A stretch of 36,763 bases of DNA from a virus (IMGVR_UViG_3300048576_000532:1-36763), one strand, 5' to 3'; positions 1 through 8,269 are shown, counted from the stretch's first letter. Translations and numbers: made by a program. Notes: generated from the sequence alone by a model not told the origin.

Positions 1-1344
1 TTAGCGGCGGTTCTGGAGGGCATTTTTTATTTCGTGCAGCCAACGCGGCTTCGTTTTGGCTGCGTCAAGCACCATCCGCAGCCGCTCAAACTCCGGCGCC
101 GTCTCCAGTCGATGCTCGCCAACGCTCAACCGCAACGTCTCCGCCGCGTCTTCCAGCGCGCCAATGACGTCCTCAAAACCCGGCCCGGCGACGCCGACAG
201 ACGGCACGATATTGTCCAGGCCGGCCCGCACGGTTGCCAGGACCGGATGGGAGTAGCCCATGCTCATAGCTTCCGTGGTGTGCCCCAGCACCTTGCGCCT
301 GGCTGTCAGATCAAGTTCAGAGAGCGATGCCGCCGTGTGCCGTAGCGCGTGCCAGTGGAGCCAGGGGCACCCGACCTTTTCACCGGCCGGCGCCAGCACG
401 CGGGCCGCTATATTATGCGCGTCCATTGGGTTTCCGGTGGCCGCCGCGAACACCGGCGCGTCCAGGTCGCGCCCATCCCAGCGCGTCGCCATTTCGCCTA
501 GGGCCAGATCCGCCGCGGCCGACAGCGGCACGATGCGGCGGCCGGCGTGGGTCTTCGGCTTACCCCAACCGTGCTTCACTGACCACGCCTGGACTACGAC
601 GAAGCAGAGCGGCGGTATCACGGTCCCGTCAACGCCCAGCGGGGCGGCCGTCCGGTTGGTCCAGCGCCAGCGCAGGCCCATAACCTCACCGATCCGTAGG
701 CCCGTCGCCGCGGCGAACGTCACCAGGGGCTTATAGCGCTCGGGCAGCGCGTCCAGCACGGCGCGCAGTTGCTCGGCCGTCAGCGAGCGCGCTTCACGCT
801 CGGCCGCGCCGTAGACGACCACGCCATCGGTGGGCAGCTCCCCCACATAGGCCCCCTGCCGTTTAGCGTAGCGGAACATGGCGCTCAAGCCCGCGCGGAA
901 GCGCTGGACGGTGTTCTTCGCCAGCCCCGAGCGGGCCGCCGTCGCGAGAAAACCCTGAACCACGGCTGTGGTGACGTCGTGGAGCCGATACTGCCCAATC
1001 GCCGGGATGATATGCCTCGTGAACACGTAACGGTGGTATTCCTGCCCTGCTGGACGCAGGAACGCAACGTGATTTAGCTTAAAATCCCCCTCATAAAATT
1101 GCTCAACTGTGACCATGCCGCGCGGCGCCGCCGCCGGCACGTTGGCGCGGGCGACAACCCGGTCAGCCTCCGCTCGCGCGCGGGCGGCGCTCCACTTCCC
1201 CGGGCCTGCCGCCGGGCCAAGTACTTCGCGAGTCGCGCGGTACACGATGCGGCCGGCCTCGTCGGGGACATGCCGGCGGAACTGCACCACCCATTTGTCC
1301 CCTCGAATCCGGACGGAGCCGCGTTGCGCGCCGCGTTTCCTCAT
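1..1344 (-). CDS. int: Tyrosine recombinase / phage integrase
   Basis: Catalytic set TGLRIGE (R), KPKT (K), HALRH, LGH, GYSH (Y), with an N-terminal arm-binding-like region. Start placed at ATG 1344 behind an AGGAGG RBS; the ORF is open to 1407. Confidence 0.95.
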   Translation of the reverse strand: MRKRGAQRGSVRIRGDKWVVQFRRHVPDEAGRIVYRATREVLGPAAGPGKWSAARARAEADRVVARANVPAAAPRGMVTVEQFYEGDFKLNHVAFLRPAGQEYHRYVFTRHIIPAIGQYRLHDVTTAVVQGFLATAARSGLAKNTVQRFRAGLSAMFRYAKRQGAYVGELPTDGVVVYGAAEREARSLTAEQLRAVLDALPERYKPLVTFAAATGLRIGEVMGLRWRWTNRTAAPLGVDGTVIPPLCFVVVQAWSVKHGWGKPKTHAGRRIVPLSAAADLALGEMATRWDGRDLDAPVFAAATGNPMDAHNIAARVLAPAGEKVGCPWLHWHALRHTAASLSELDLTARRKVLGHTTEAMSMGYSHPVLATVRAGLDNIVPSVGVAGPGFEDVIGALEDAAETLRLSVGEHRLETAPEFERLRMVLDAAKTKPRWLHEIKNALQNRR

Positions 1345-1418
1345 CGCCTCGACCTCCTGAGGCGATAGTATCATGCGCGCTACTGCTCCTGTTGTGTGTT
1401 TATGCACGCCAGAACCTC

Positions 1419-1453
1419 AAACAGAAGGGGCGCGGATTTTTACCTCCGCGCCC
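1419..1453 (-). terminator. Putative intrinsic terminator between the early operon and int
   Basis: 9-bp stem GGGCGCGGA/TCCGCGCCC (1428-1436, 1445-1453) followed on the minus strand by CTTCTGTTT. Confidence 0.55.
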
Positions 1454-1476
1454 GTCACCCTCCGATCTCCCCAGCC

Positions 1477-1725
1477 CTACAGGACGACCCAATCCGTGGC
1501 GAGCATGTCCGTCTGGGACGCCAACCACGGAACACGGCACCCGTTCGGGTACGCAGCATGACCCTCCGGGTACTCAATGTAGAGGTACGGGAGCGTCATT
1601 TTCGAGTGTTCATCCGGAACCTGAAGGGCAAGCCACATCCCCCTCCCGTTCCAGCCCACACGAGCAACTCGCCGGCCATTTTTCAGCGCGGCGAGCGCCC
1701 AGCCAAAATCAATGCCGTTCTCCAT
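1477..1725 (-). CDS. tad2: DUF2829 / Thoeris anti-defence 2 (Tad2)-family signal sponge
   Basis: Hallmark motifs F.WAL.ALK.G..VAR.GWNG.GM and VPWLASQTDMLA.DW in an 82-aa protein. Confidence 0.85.
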   Translation of the reverse strand: MENGIDFGWALAALKNGRRVARVGWNGRGMWLALQVPDEHSKMTLPYLYIEYPEGHAAYPNGCRVPWLASQTDMLATDWVVL

Positions 1726-1735
1726 GAATCCCTTT

Positions 1736-2293
1736 CTAAAGCAGATCCGCCAGAGCCGCCGCCGGCTCGGCGCCGCCCATCGCGTCGAACTCGTCCCGGG
1801 CGTCTTTGCGGCCGTCCAGGCGGGGGCCGTCGTCGAGCTTCTGGACGTTCCCCAGGCTGAACGAGGCGCCCTTGTTCCCGTTGGTGTCGTACGCGAACGC
1901 TCTCAGGCTCGCCCGGACGAGGCAGCCCGGGTAAATCTCCTCCTCCGTGACCGGCTTCGGCTTGCCGTCGGCGCCGGCGTACTTGGACACGACGCCGGGC
2001 CGGGTCTTGCTCTTGCAGTTGATAAAGATGGACCCTTCCGGGTATCCCTTCTCCGCGCCGTCTTCGCGGAACGGCAGGCGCAACTTCCCGGCGGAAAGCA
2101 GCTTTGCCGCCTGGTCGCCGAACTTCTCCTTGATCGCCTCCGCGGCGGCGGCCTTCAACTCGGCCAGGTTCGAGCCGGCCGGAAAGACCAGCGTCGCGGA
2201 AAACTGCGAATCGCCGCCGTTCATGCCAGGGCGCGCTTCGAAAAGCGCCGGATAGGACAGAATCGCCGTCGGTGTAATGATCGTCTTTGCCAT
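1736..2293 (-). CDS. DUF2815 phage single-stranded DNA-binding protein
   Basis: LSYPALFE, LPFREDG, IYPGC.VRASL, LGNVQKL.DG.RL motifs, acidic C-terminal tail; adjacent to DUF2800. Confidence 0.9.
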   Translation of the reverse strand: MAKTIITPTAILSYPALFEARPGMNGGDSQFSATLVFPAGSNLAELKAAAAEAIKEKFGDQAAKLLSAGKLRLPFREDGAEKGYPEGSIFINCKSKTRPGVVSKYAGADGKPKPVTEEEIYPGCLVRASLRAFAYDTNGNKGASFSLGNVQKLDDGPRLDGRKDARDEFDAMGGAEPAAALADLL

Positions 2294-2326
2294 CGTTTAC
2301 GAACCTTCCTTCAGATTTTGATTGAC

Positions 2327-3520
2327 CTACACGAAGAACTCACCGCCAGCGCCGGCGTCCACGGCGCCGCGCGGGTCCACAAGCCGCGCCAACGTGTTGC
2401 CGCTCGACTCGGATTTCACCAAGTCCGCCGGCAGTCGGCCCTTGCCGAGCGCCTTCTCCATCTGGGCAACGCTCTTAAGCGACACGTCGAACGCCACATC
2501 ACGCTTGAGCCTGCGGCGCTTGATCCACTCCAGCACCCGCGGCTCGTCAGCCCACTTGCGCGTCGCACGCTTCGGGACCAACTTCCAGCCGGGCAGATCG
2601 GCGCCGTTCTCCAGCCGCCGCAGCCCCTCGCCGCGCACCGCTCGGCACCAGTTTTCAAGCCAATCGTCCACCGTGTCGAGCAGCGATGCGATGGACTCCT
2701 CGGTCGCGTCCGACAACGTCGCGGCTGGGAATTCTGACTGCGCCAGCTCCAGGGCCGTGGCCTTGGCCTGCGGGCACTTCGCCAGCGCCCGGCAGAACCG
2801 GCAGTGGCTCCCCAGCGCCAGCGGCGCGCCAGGCTCCAGCGCCCGCTCGGCCGCCGCAATCAGTTCGTTGCCCCAGTCCAGCAGCTCCTCAACGGAGTAC
2901 GTCACGGTCCGAATCGGCCCGTCAATGTGTTGGGCGCGCGGCTGCACGATGGTGGCGTTGATGAGCGGAAACCGCATTCCCCGCGACGCCAAGTAGCAGT
3001 ACGCCGCCAGCGCGTAGTACATGAGCTGCGTGTTGCCCTTCACCTCCACGGCCACGCCAGCGCCGTGCTTGTAATCGACGACGTGCAACCACTCACCGGG
3101 CACGTAGGCAAGGTAATCGCCCGTGCCGTACATTTCCGCCGGCGGCTTCAGCATGTCGAGATTGACCTCGACTTCCACCTCCGTACGGACGTCCGGACGG
3201 GAATCTGCCAACTGGCGGCAGAACCGGACGTAGACCTCAACGGCCGCCAGCAGGTCCGGCGTCACCGGGATACGCCCGCCGGCTTCCACGGCCACGCTTT
3301 GGACCGCCAGGCGCGTACCCAGGCTCTCCAGCCCCTTCCAGTTCGCCGTCGGCACCCACTCACCAGTCAGAATTCCCTCCGCGACCGCGTGCGCCGCGGT
3401 GCCCTCGCGGGCGTAGCTGCTCCCGCCGTCCTCCAGGCCCCGGGAGAGCGCGATGGAACCCGGGCAGGCCATCCACCGCTTTGACGAGCTGGGCGACAGC
3501 TCGCAGTGCTGGCCCGGCAT
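2327..3520 (-). CDS. DUF2800 Cas4-like PD-(D/E)xK exonuclease
   Basis: LSPSS..RW..CPGS, EGT.AH, GTGD, VVDYKHG, QL..YA, and HCRFC..C Fe-S cysteines. ATG 3520 overlaps the upstream stop (TGATG). Confidence 0.9.
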   Translation of the reverse strand: MPGQHCELSPSSSKRWMACPGSIALSRGLEDGGSSYAREGTAAHAVAEGILTGEWVPTANWKGLESLGTRLAVQSVAVEAGGRIPVTPDLLAAVEVYVRFCRQLADSRPDVRTEVEVEVNLDMLKPPAEMYGTGDYLAYVPGEWLHVVDYKHGAGVAVEVKGNTQLMYYALAAYCYLASRGMRFPLINATIVQPRAQHIDGPIRTVTYSVEELLDWGNELIAAAERALEPGAPLALGSHCRFCRALAKCPQAKATALELAQSEFPAATLSDATEESIASLLDTVDDWLENWCRAVRGEGLRRLENGADLPGWKLVPKRATRKWADEPRVLEWIKRRRLKRDVAFDVSLKSVAQMEKALGKGRLPADLVKSESSGNTLARLVDPRGAVDAGAGGEFFV

Positions 3521-4119
3521 CAGCTCTTCCCCCCTGTCAGCTTCTCCAGCTTTTCGACGAAGCACGGCAGCTTGTCGTCGGCCAGATCGGACAGCCGAAC
3601 GGCGCCGAATGACTTCAGGAGCTCACGCACGGCCGGCAGCACTTCAGGCGGCGAGGCCACGACAACGGCCTGCGCGGCCTTGCGGTAGTCGATGGGCGCG
3701 GCGGGGACCGGGACCACGGCCGGCTGCGGCTCAGCAGCCTTGCGGCTTTCCGTGCCGTCGTAAGCTCGCGTCATCTCGCTCACCGGCGCGGGCGTCGGCG
3801 GCTGCTCGGCGGACGTCTCCTTGATGTTGGCCGCGAGCGAATGGATGGTATTCCGAACTTCGGCGTCCATCTCCTCCGGCGTCGGCACCGGGTTGGCCTC
3901 GGGCTGCGCCGTGGGCTCCTTATTCACCGGAGGCGCGGGAGGCGTGGGGGGCACAGCCGGAGCCGCCAGAGCGCCCCGCAGGAAGTCCTCGGTCCAGACG
4001 GGCAGGAAGGCCAACCCCCCGACGATGGCGGCCTGCTGCGCCGGGGTCAATCCCTCCGTGGTGATGTCAAAGTTCGTTTTTCCGCTCTCGCGGACGTGTA
4101 GGCAAAGTGAGAGTGTCAT
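3520..4119 (-). CDS. Conserved replication-module protein (Pro/Ala-rich linker plus C-terminal helical domain)
   Basis: C-terminus VRELLKSFGA.RLSDL is typical of the gene preceding DUF2800 in APSE-like modules. ATGA overlap with the helicase stop. Confidence 0.7.
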   Translation of the reverse strand: MTLSLCLHVRESGKTNFDITTEGLTPAQQAAIVGGLAFLPVWTEDFLRGALAAPAVPPTPPAPPVNKEPTAQPEANPVPTPEEMDAEVRNTIHSLAANIKETSAEQPPTPAPVSEMTRAYDGTESRKAAEPQPAVVPVPAAPIDYRKAAQAVVVASPPEVLPAVRELLKSFGAVRLSDLADDKLPCFVEKLEKLTGGKS

Positions 4120-5426
4120 GCTGCTTTCTCGAAAATGGCGGCCGTCATCTGAGCCTTGCGAGCGCAGGCGGCGGCTGTTCTGTCGTCCAGACTTCCAGCC
4201 AGGCCGAAGACGCGCACGTAGACGGGCCGCCCTTGGCCGATCCGATGAACGCGTTTTGCCGCCTGGTACATATCCGCCGGCACCCATTCGGGCTCGACGA
4301 AAACAACGTGCCGGGAGGCGTGGAGGGTGACGGCGACGCCGCACGCTTGGACTTGCCCCAGAAAAACACGGCACGAGGGATCACACTGGAACCGATCCAT
4401 TGCGGCGGTTCTAGCGGTAGGTGATGTGTTCCCCGTAACCTGCACAGGATTAAAGGGATATAAAACCGAATGAAGAGCGTTAAGGACGTCGTGGTGGTGT
4501 GCGAAGACGACCACCTTGTCCATCTCGCCGTTTCGCAGCTCCTCGGCCAACTGTTCGGCGACCACGGGCGCTTTCACGCAACCGACCCAGTGGCGATATG
4601 AGGCGATATGCGCGGCCGGTGGACCCTGCACGCCCTCGCGCTCCATCTCGGCCACCAGCTCGCCGACTTCCGGGTGCTCGCGCTCCCAGGTCTTCAGCGC
4701 TTCCAGCGTGTCCGTCGCCTCAATCGGTACGGAGGCCCACGTCCAGTCTGGAAGGTCCGTTAACACTTCCTGCCAACGCCGGCGCAGGAAGAGCTCTTTC
4801 GCCAACGCGCGGATTTCATCCGGCCGCTTCAGGCGGTACGGAATGGGCCCGAACTCGGTAGCCCGCAGGTGGCAAAAATATTCGATGAACGTGTTGTAGT
4901 CCATCGGTCCGCCAGCGCGGCGAATCAAGTCCGGCCGCAGGGCACGCAAGTGGCTCCAGAGTTCCCCCGGATGGTTCGGCGTGGGCGTGGCCGTCAGTAG
5001 CCAAGTTGCACCACAAGCCGCGCTAATGCCCTTCGTGCCCTTGCAGCCGGTCCCGTAAATCGCCCGTGTTCGGCGGGCGCCTCGGGTCTTCAGATAGTGG
5101 GCCTCGTCACAGATCAGAACGTCCGGCCTGGACCGAGCCCACCGCCGCCGCAAATCACCATCAAGTGCTAACGCATCATAGGACTTCACCTCCAGATCGA
5201 GATTTTCCGGAAGCCCGGCCGTCTCGCGCCATTGCTCAACATGGCGTTCCCAGACCACCCGAGCGATAGCCGGGCAGGCTACCCGAATCCGCGTTGCCCC
5301 GGCCCTGCCTGCGGCGAGGATCGCTTGCGGGGTCTTCCCAAGGCCCGCGTCGTCGGCTAAGCCGCGGCGCAGTCCCGAGGCGAGCCAGGCCGCGCCCTCT
5401 TCCTGGTAGGGGTATGGCTTCAGCAC
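4116..5426 (-). CDS. SNF2-family (SF2) helicase
   Basis: PYQ Q-motif, DAGLGKT, DEAH, TATP, QA..RVHRIGQ. Confidence 0.92.
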   Translation of the reverse strand: MLKPYPYQEEGAAWLASGLRRGLADDAGLGKTPQAILAAGRAGATRIRVACPAIARVVWERHVEQWRETAGLPENLDLEVKSYDALALDGDLRRRWARSRPDVLICDEAHYLKTRGARRTRAIYGTGCKGTKGISAACGATWLLTATPTPNHPGELWSHLRALRPDLIRRAGGPMDYNTFIEYFCHLRATEFGPIPYRLKRPDEIRALAKELFLRRRWQEVLTDLPDWTWASVPIEATDTLEALKTWEREHPEVGELVAEMEREGVQGPPAAHIASYRHWVGCVKAPVVAEQLAEELRNGEMDKVVVFAHHHDVLNALHSVLYPFNPVQVTGNTSPTARTAAMDRFQCDPSCRVFLGQVQACGVAVTLHASRHVVFVEPEWVPADMYQAAKRVHRIGQGRPVYVRVFGLAGSLDDRTAAACARKAQMTAAIFEKAA

Positions 5427-5828
5427 GCCCGCCCCCCCTGGTCGGCTGTGAGGTTGCCGTGGGCTGCTACGCCTCCAGCGCCTTCCAACAGCTTCATGAA
5501 CTCTTCCGGCACGATGGCCAGAGGAAGCACGATGACCCGGCGGGCAAAGTAAATGTCGTCCGGCCGAATCATCTTGCCGATGCGAGCCTCTTCGAACAAC
5601 CCGTCGTCATCAACGCCGACAACGGTAATGCGCGGGACCATCTGGCCCCAGACGTTCTTGCAAAATTCCACCTCCCGAACCACCCCGACTCTGACCAAGG
5701 CGCCGCGATGAAGGCCGTGGCCTTGGTCTCCATAGGCCACAAAGACGCCGGGCGTGACCTGCTGACCGAACTTGTCGAGGACCGGTGCCGAAGCCGACCG
5801 GGGCGTCCCCTCTTCCTGGTAGGGGTAT
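5395..5828. repeat. 21-bp perfect direct repeat CCCTCTTCCTGGTAGGGGTAT at 5395-5415 and 5808-5828
   Basis: Read directly. Both copies encode YPYQEEG at the N-termini of two adjacent genes. Confidence 0.95.
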
Positions 5829-5836
5829 AGTTTCAT
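5420..5836 (-). CDS. Hypothetical protein carrying a duplicated helicase N-terminus
   Basis: 138-aa ORF overlapping neighbours on both sides; begins MKLYPYQEEG. Confidence 0.7.
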   Translation of the reverse strand: MKLYPYQEEGTPRSASAPVLDKFGQQVTPGVFVAYGDQGHGLHRGALVRVGVVREVEFCKNVWGQMVPRITVVGVDDDGLFEEARIGKMIRPDDIYFARRVIVLPLAIVPEEFMKLLEGAGGVAAHGNLTADQGGRAC

Positions 5837-6054
5837 CCGATATAGACCCCCGCCTTGCCGGCGTTGTCGATGGCCCGGGCCGTGCCGTGCATACGATCGC
5901 GGAGAACTCGCGAGGCGGCGCTCGGCAGCGTAAAATATGAATGCGGCGTCATGTCCTCGCCGCGGACATGCTTGTCCAGCGCCAGCGCGAACTCACACTC
6001 CGCTGCCAGCAGCTCGGCCGCATCCTTCATCTCGCCCAAAATCTCGCGCGTCAC
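5833..6054 (-). CDS. Hypothetical protein
   Basis: GTGA and ATGA overlaps with neighbours; GGAGG RBS upstream. Confidence 0.65.
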   Translation of the reverse strand: MTREILGEMKDAAELLAAECEFALALDKHVRGEDMTPHSYFTLPSAASRVLRDRMHGTARAIDNAGKAGVYIG

Positions 6055-6356
6055 TGAAGCCCCTCCATCGCGTCCTTCATGCCCATCACCGAGCGGATGA
6101 ACTCCGCCGCTTGCCACGGATTGATCGAGTTACCGTAGGCGCGCTCGCGTTCCGCTTGATGACGGCCGTATGCGCGGAGGTCTTTGGTAAGGACCGCGTA
6201 ATACTCAGGCCCCAAGGTAAGCACCAGATTGCCGCGCATTGTAGCCGTGAGCTCGACGCATACACCGCTGGCGTGCCGCGCGTGGTACGCCACGACCTCG
6301 GACAGCCTGAAGCCTTCCAGGCCAGAACCCGTAGAGCAGTAAAACCAGTCCATCAT
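6051..6356 (-). CDS. Hypothetical protein, paralog family A (copy 3)
   Basis: F.LSEVVAY motif shared with 6616-6912 and 6909-7115; ATGA coupling. Confidence 0.7.
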   Translation of the reverse strand: MMDWFYCSTGSGLEGFRLSEVVAYHARHASGVCVELTATMRGNLVLTLGPEYYAVLTKDLRAYGRHQAERERAYGNSINPWQAAEFIRSVMGMKDAMEGLQ

Positions 6357-6619
6357 GCCCGCTCCTCCAGCTCGGCAATCCGGTCAGCCAACTGGCCGGC
6401 GTAGGCTTCCCACTCGCACGCCGCGTCAAAGTATGTGTCCGCGATCCCTTCCCACTCGGCGCAGCGGTCGCGTAGTTTCCCGTTGGTGTTCCGAAGTGCG
6501 ATCAACTGCGCTATGAATGCGTCAATTGCCGGCCAACTCCCATCCGGCCCGTCCTTGGCCGGTTTGTCCATAATGGCCGGGACCGGCGCGGGCTCGCTCA
6601 ACGGCTTGCGGAGGCTCAT
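6353..6619 (-). CDS. Hypothetical coiled-coil protein
   Basis: ATG 6619 overlaps the upstream stop; helical heptad-like C-terminus. Confidence 0.65.
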   Translation of the reverse strand: MSLRKPLSEPAPVPAIMDKPAKDGPDGSWPAIDAFIAQLIALRNTNGKLRDRCAEWEGIADTYFDAACEWEAYAGQLADRIAELEERA

Positions 6620-6912
6620 AACGCGTCGCTCCCTGCTGGCCGGAAGCCAAACTTCTCGGCCAGCCACCGCGCAGCGTCCGCTTCGGCCCGCGTCGGGAGC
6701 CTTGCAGCCTGCTGGACCTTCTCCCACGCTTCGTACTCGCGGAGGAACCGGGCGCGTTGTGACGCCGGAAGGACGCGGACCTTGCCCGAACAGAACTCTA
6801 CTTCAAGCGTCGGCTCGCAGGCGCGAAAAGGTGTCACAACCTCCCAGGCCGCCACGTCCGATATCAGGAAAGCAGCCTCCGCGCCGATGCTCGTAAGGTA
6901 ACGGAACATCAT
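6616..6912 (-). CDS. Hypothetical protein, paralog family A (copy 2)
   Basis: FLISDVAAW motif; ATGA coupling. Confidence 0.7.
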   Translation of the reverse strand: MMFRYLTSIGAEAAFLISDVAAWEVVTPFRACEPTLEVEFCSGKVRVLPASQRARFLREYEAWEKVQQAARLPTRAEADAARWLAEKFGFRPAGSDAL

Positions 6913-7115
6913 GACCGGCCCGCTTTCTTTCGGAACTCCGCGAAGGCCGCCTCAAATTGGGCGAACGACTCGGGGGCCAGCTCGACCACTCCGCCACCGC
7001 GCAGGTAGACGTCATAATCCACAAACCCGGCCGGCGCTCCCCCTACCTTCCACGCGACCACCTCCGAAAGGTCAATCTCGCCGTAGGCCTGGGCCGATGA
7101 GAAGTGGAACATCAT
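6909..7115 (-). CDS. Hypothetical protein, paralog family A (copy 1)
   Basis: IDLSEVVAW motif; ATGA coupling to the RuvC-like gene. Confidence 0.7.
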   Translation of the reverse strand: MMFHFSSAQAYGEIDLSEVVAWKVGGAPAGFVDYDVYLRGGGVVELAPESFAQFEAAFAEFRKKAGRS

Positions 7116-7714
7116 GACTTCGCGCCCTCCGAACTGGTGCGAGGCGCGCAGATGCGGGCGGACGAAAAAGCGGGGGCCGGGAGGCAGCCCGAACGGCCCC
7201 CGTAAAGAGCCGAGCGGCCAATGAGCGCCGCTTCAGCTCGACCGTCATCTTTCACACGAGAGAAAACATGGGCCTCGTTCGGCCACAATTCCATTGCCCT
7301 GGCGCGTGAGCCGTCCTTGCCTTGCCGGACGCGGCACACGCGGCGCCATTCCTGCGGCGTCACCATGGACATGGGAATGCCAAGGCCGGCCAGCACGCCC
7401 TCGATAACACCCACCGCGCGGCCGAAAGCGAACATGGACGCAACGCCCTGGCCCGGCATAGAATGGACCTTCTCGACCACGGCCGAGACGGACGGGTTAC
7501 AGATGCCGACAGCCCAGCGAACAAGGGCCGTGAGTGCCGGCGCTGATACCTCGTTCACCTGCCGGGTGCCGCGCTTGACGCTCACCGTCGGCATGTCCGT
7601 GATGCGGACAATCTCGCCACTCGGCGTCAGTAAGGCAATTGCGCCCTGGGCCCCCGGGTCAATGCCCAAGATGAAAGGCCGTATATCAACGTCGGTACCC
7701 TGTTCGCCGTTCAT
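7112..7714 (-). CDS. RuvC-like Holliday junction resolvase
   Basis: ILGIDPG, VVEKV, F.FG...G, P..W, DGRAEAALI motifs. Confidence 0.88.
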   Translation of the reverse strand: MNGEQGTDVDIRPFILGIDPGAQGAIALLTPSGEIVRITDMPTVSVKRGTRQVNEVSAPALTALVRWAVGICNPSVSAVVEKVHSMPGQGVASMFAFGRAVGVIEGVLAGLGIPMSMVTPQEWRRVCRVRQGKDGSRARAMELWPNEAHVFSRVKDDGRAEAALIGRSALYGGRSGCLPAPAFSSARICAPRTSSEGAKS

Positions 7715-7816
7715 TCGCTAGTATCCCTTTACCACTTGTAGTACGGTTGCAGTAGCAGGATGTTGTAATCAACATGCTGCGTGAACAAGTTTCACGATAC
7801 TACAACGCTACAAAAC
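7715..7816. promoter_or_regulatory. Divergent promoter/operator region (putative genetic switch)
   Basis: AT-richer gap between divergent genes. TTGTAGTA-like boxes at 7736, 7747, 7763 and inverted at 7798, 7806; near-palindrome GCAGGATGTTG-TAAT-CAACATGCTGC (7755-7780). Confidence 0.6.
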
Positions 7817-8113
7817 ATGACAAGCAAGAAATCGGGGAAAACCGCGAAAAACTCGGAAGTCACTGAAAAAGTGGCGTCTGAAACCGTTGTGCAATCCATC
7901 CGCCTAAACGCGGTGGCCTGGAAGGCCGCCCAGTTGCGGTGCTTGATGGAGGGGTATCACCGACAAGACGTTGTGTCTCGGCTGCTGGAAGCGTGGGCCG
8001 GGCCGGAGTACATGGCCGCTGCGGGCCGCATCATGGCGCAGAACGCGCCCGAGCCGGAGGACGAGCCGGTCCGCCTCGCTGCGGAACTGGTGAATAAGGG
8101 AAGGAAAAAATAG
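7817..8113 (+). CDS. Ribbon-helix-helix DNA-binding protein (putative repressor)
   Basis: VVQSIRL strand, helix, EG turn and RQDVVSRLLEAW helix match the Arc/CopG/ParG pattern; divergent from the early operon. Confidence 0.65.
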   Translation: MTSKKSGKTAKNSEVTEKVASETVVQSIRLNAVAWKAAQLRCLMEGYHRQDVVSRLLEAWAGPEYMAAAGRIMAQNAPEPEDEPVRLAAELVNKGRKK

Positions 8114-8213
8114 CATTCTTGAAGCCCGGGGTACGCCCCGGCGCGCTCCGGGCAGCATATCAACCGGGGGGCCGATGCAACACCAGGGGTAACAACGGGC
8201 TGCAAGGCGAAAG

Positions 8214-8269
8214 CGCCCAAGGGCCAACTTGCTGAATGGGACGCCATTCAGCAAGTTGGCCCTTGGGCG
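8214..8269. repeat. Perfect inverted repeat, 26-bp arms with 4-nt loop
   Basis: CGCCCAAGGGCCAACTTGCTGAATGG-GACG-CCATTCAGCAAGTTGGCCCTTGGGCG, between convergent genes. Confidence 0.97.

Noticed and set aside
2327-3520. Cas4-like gene as part of a CRISPR-Cas system
   Set aside because: It is the DUF2800 nuclease in the standard phage DUF2800-DUF2815-helicase context, with no cas1/cas2 or array.
8214-8269. Palindrome as an N15-type telomere resolution site (same 56-bp length)
   Set aside because: The centre GACG is not self-complementary, and no protelomerase or partition genes are visible; the recombinase is a conventional integrase.
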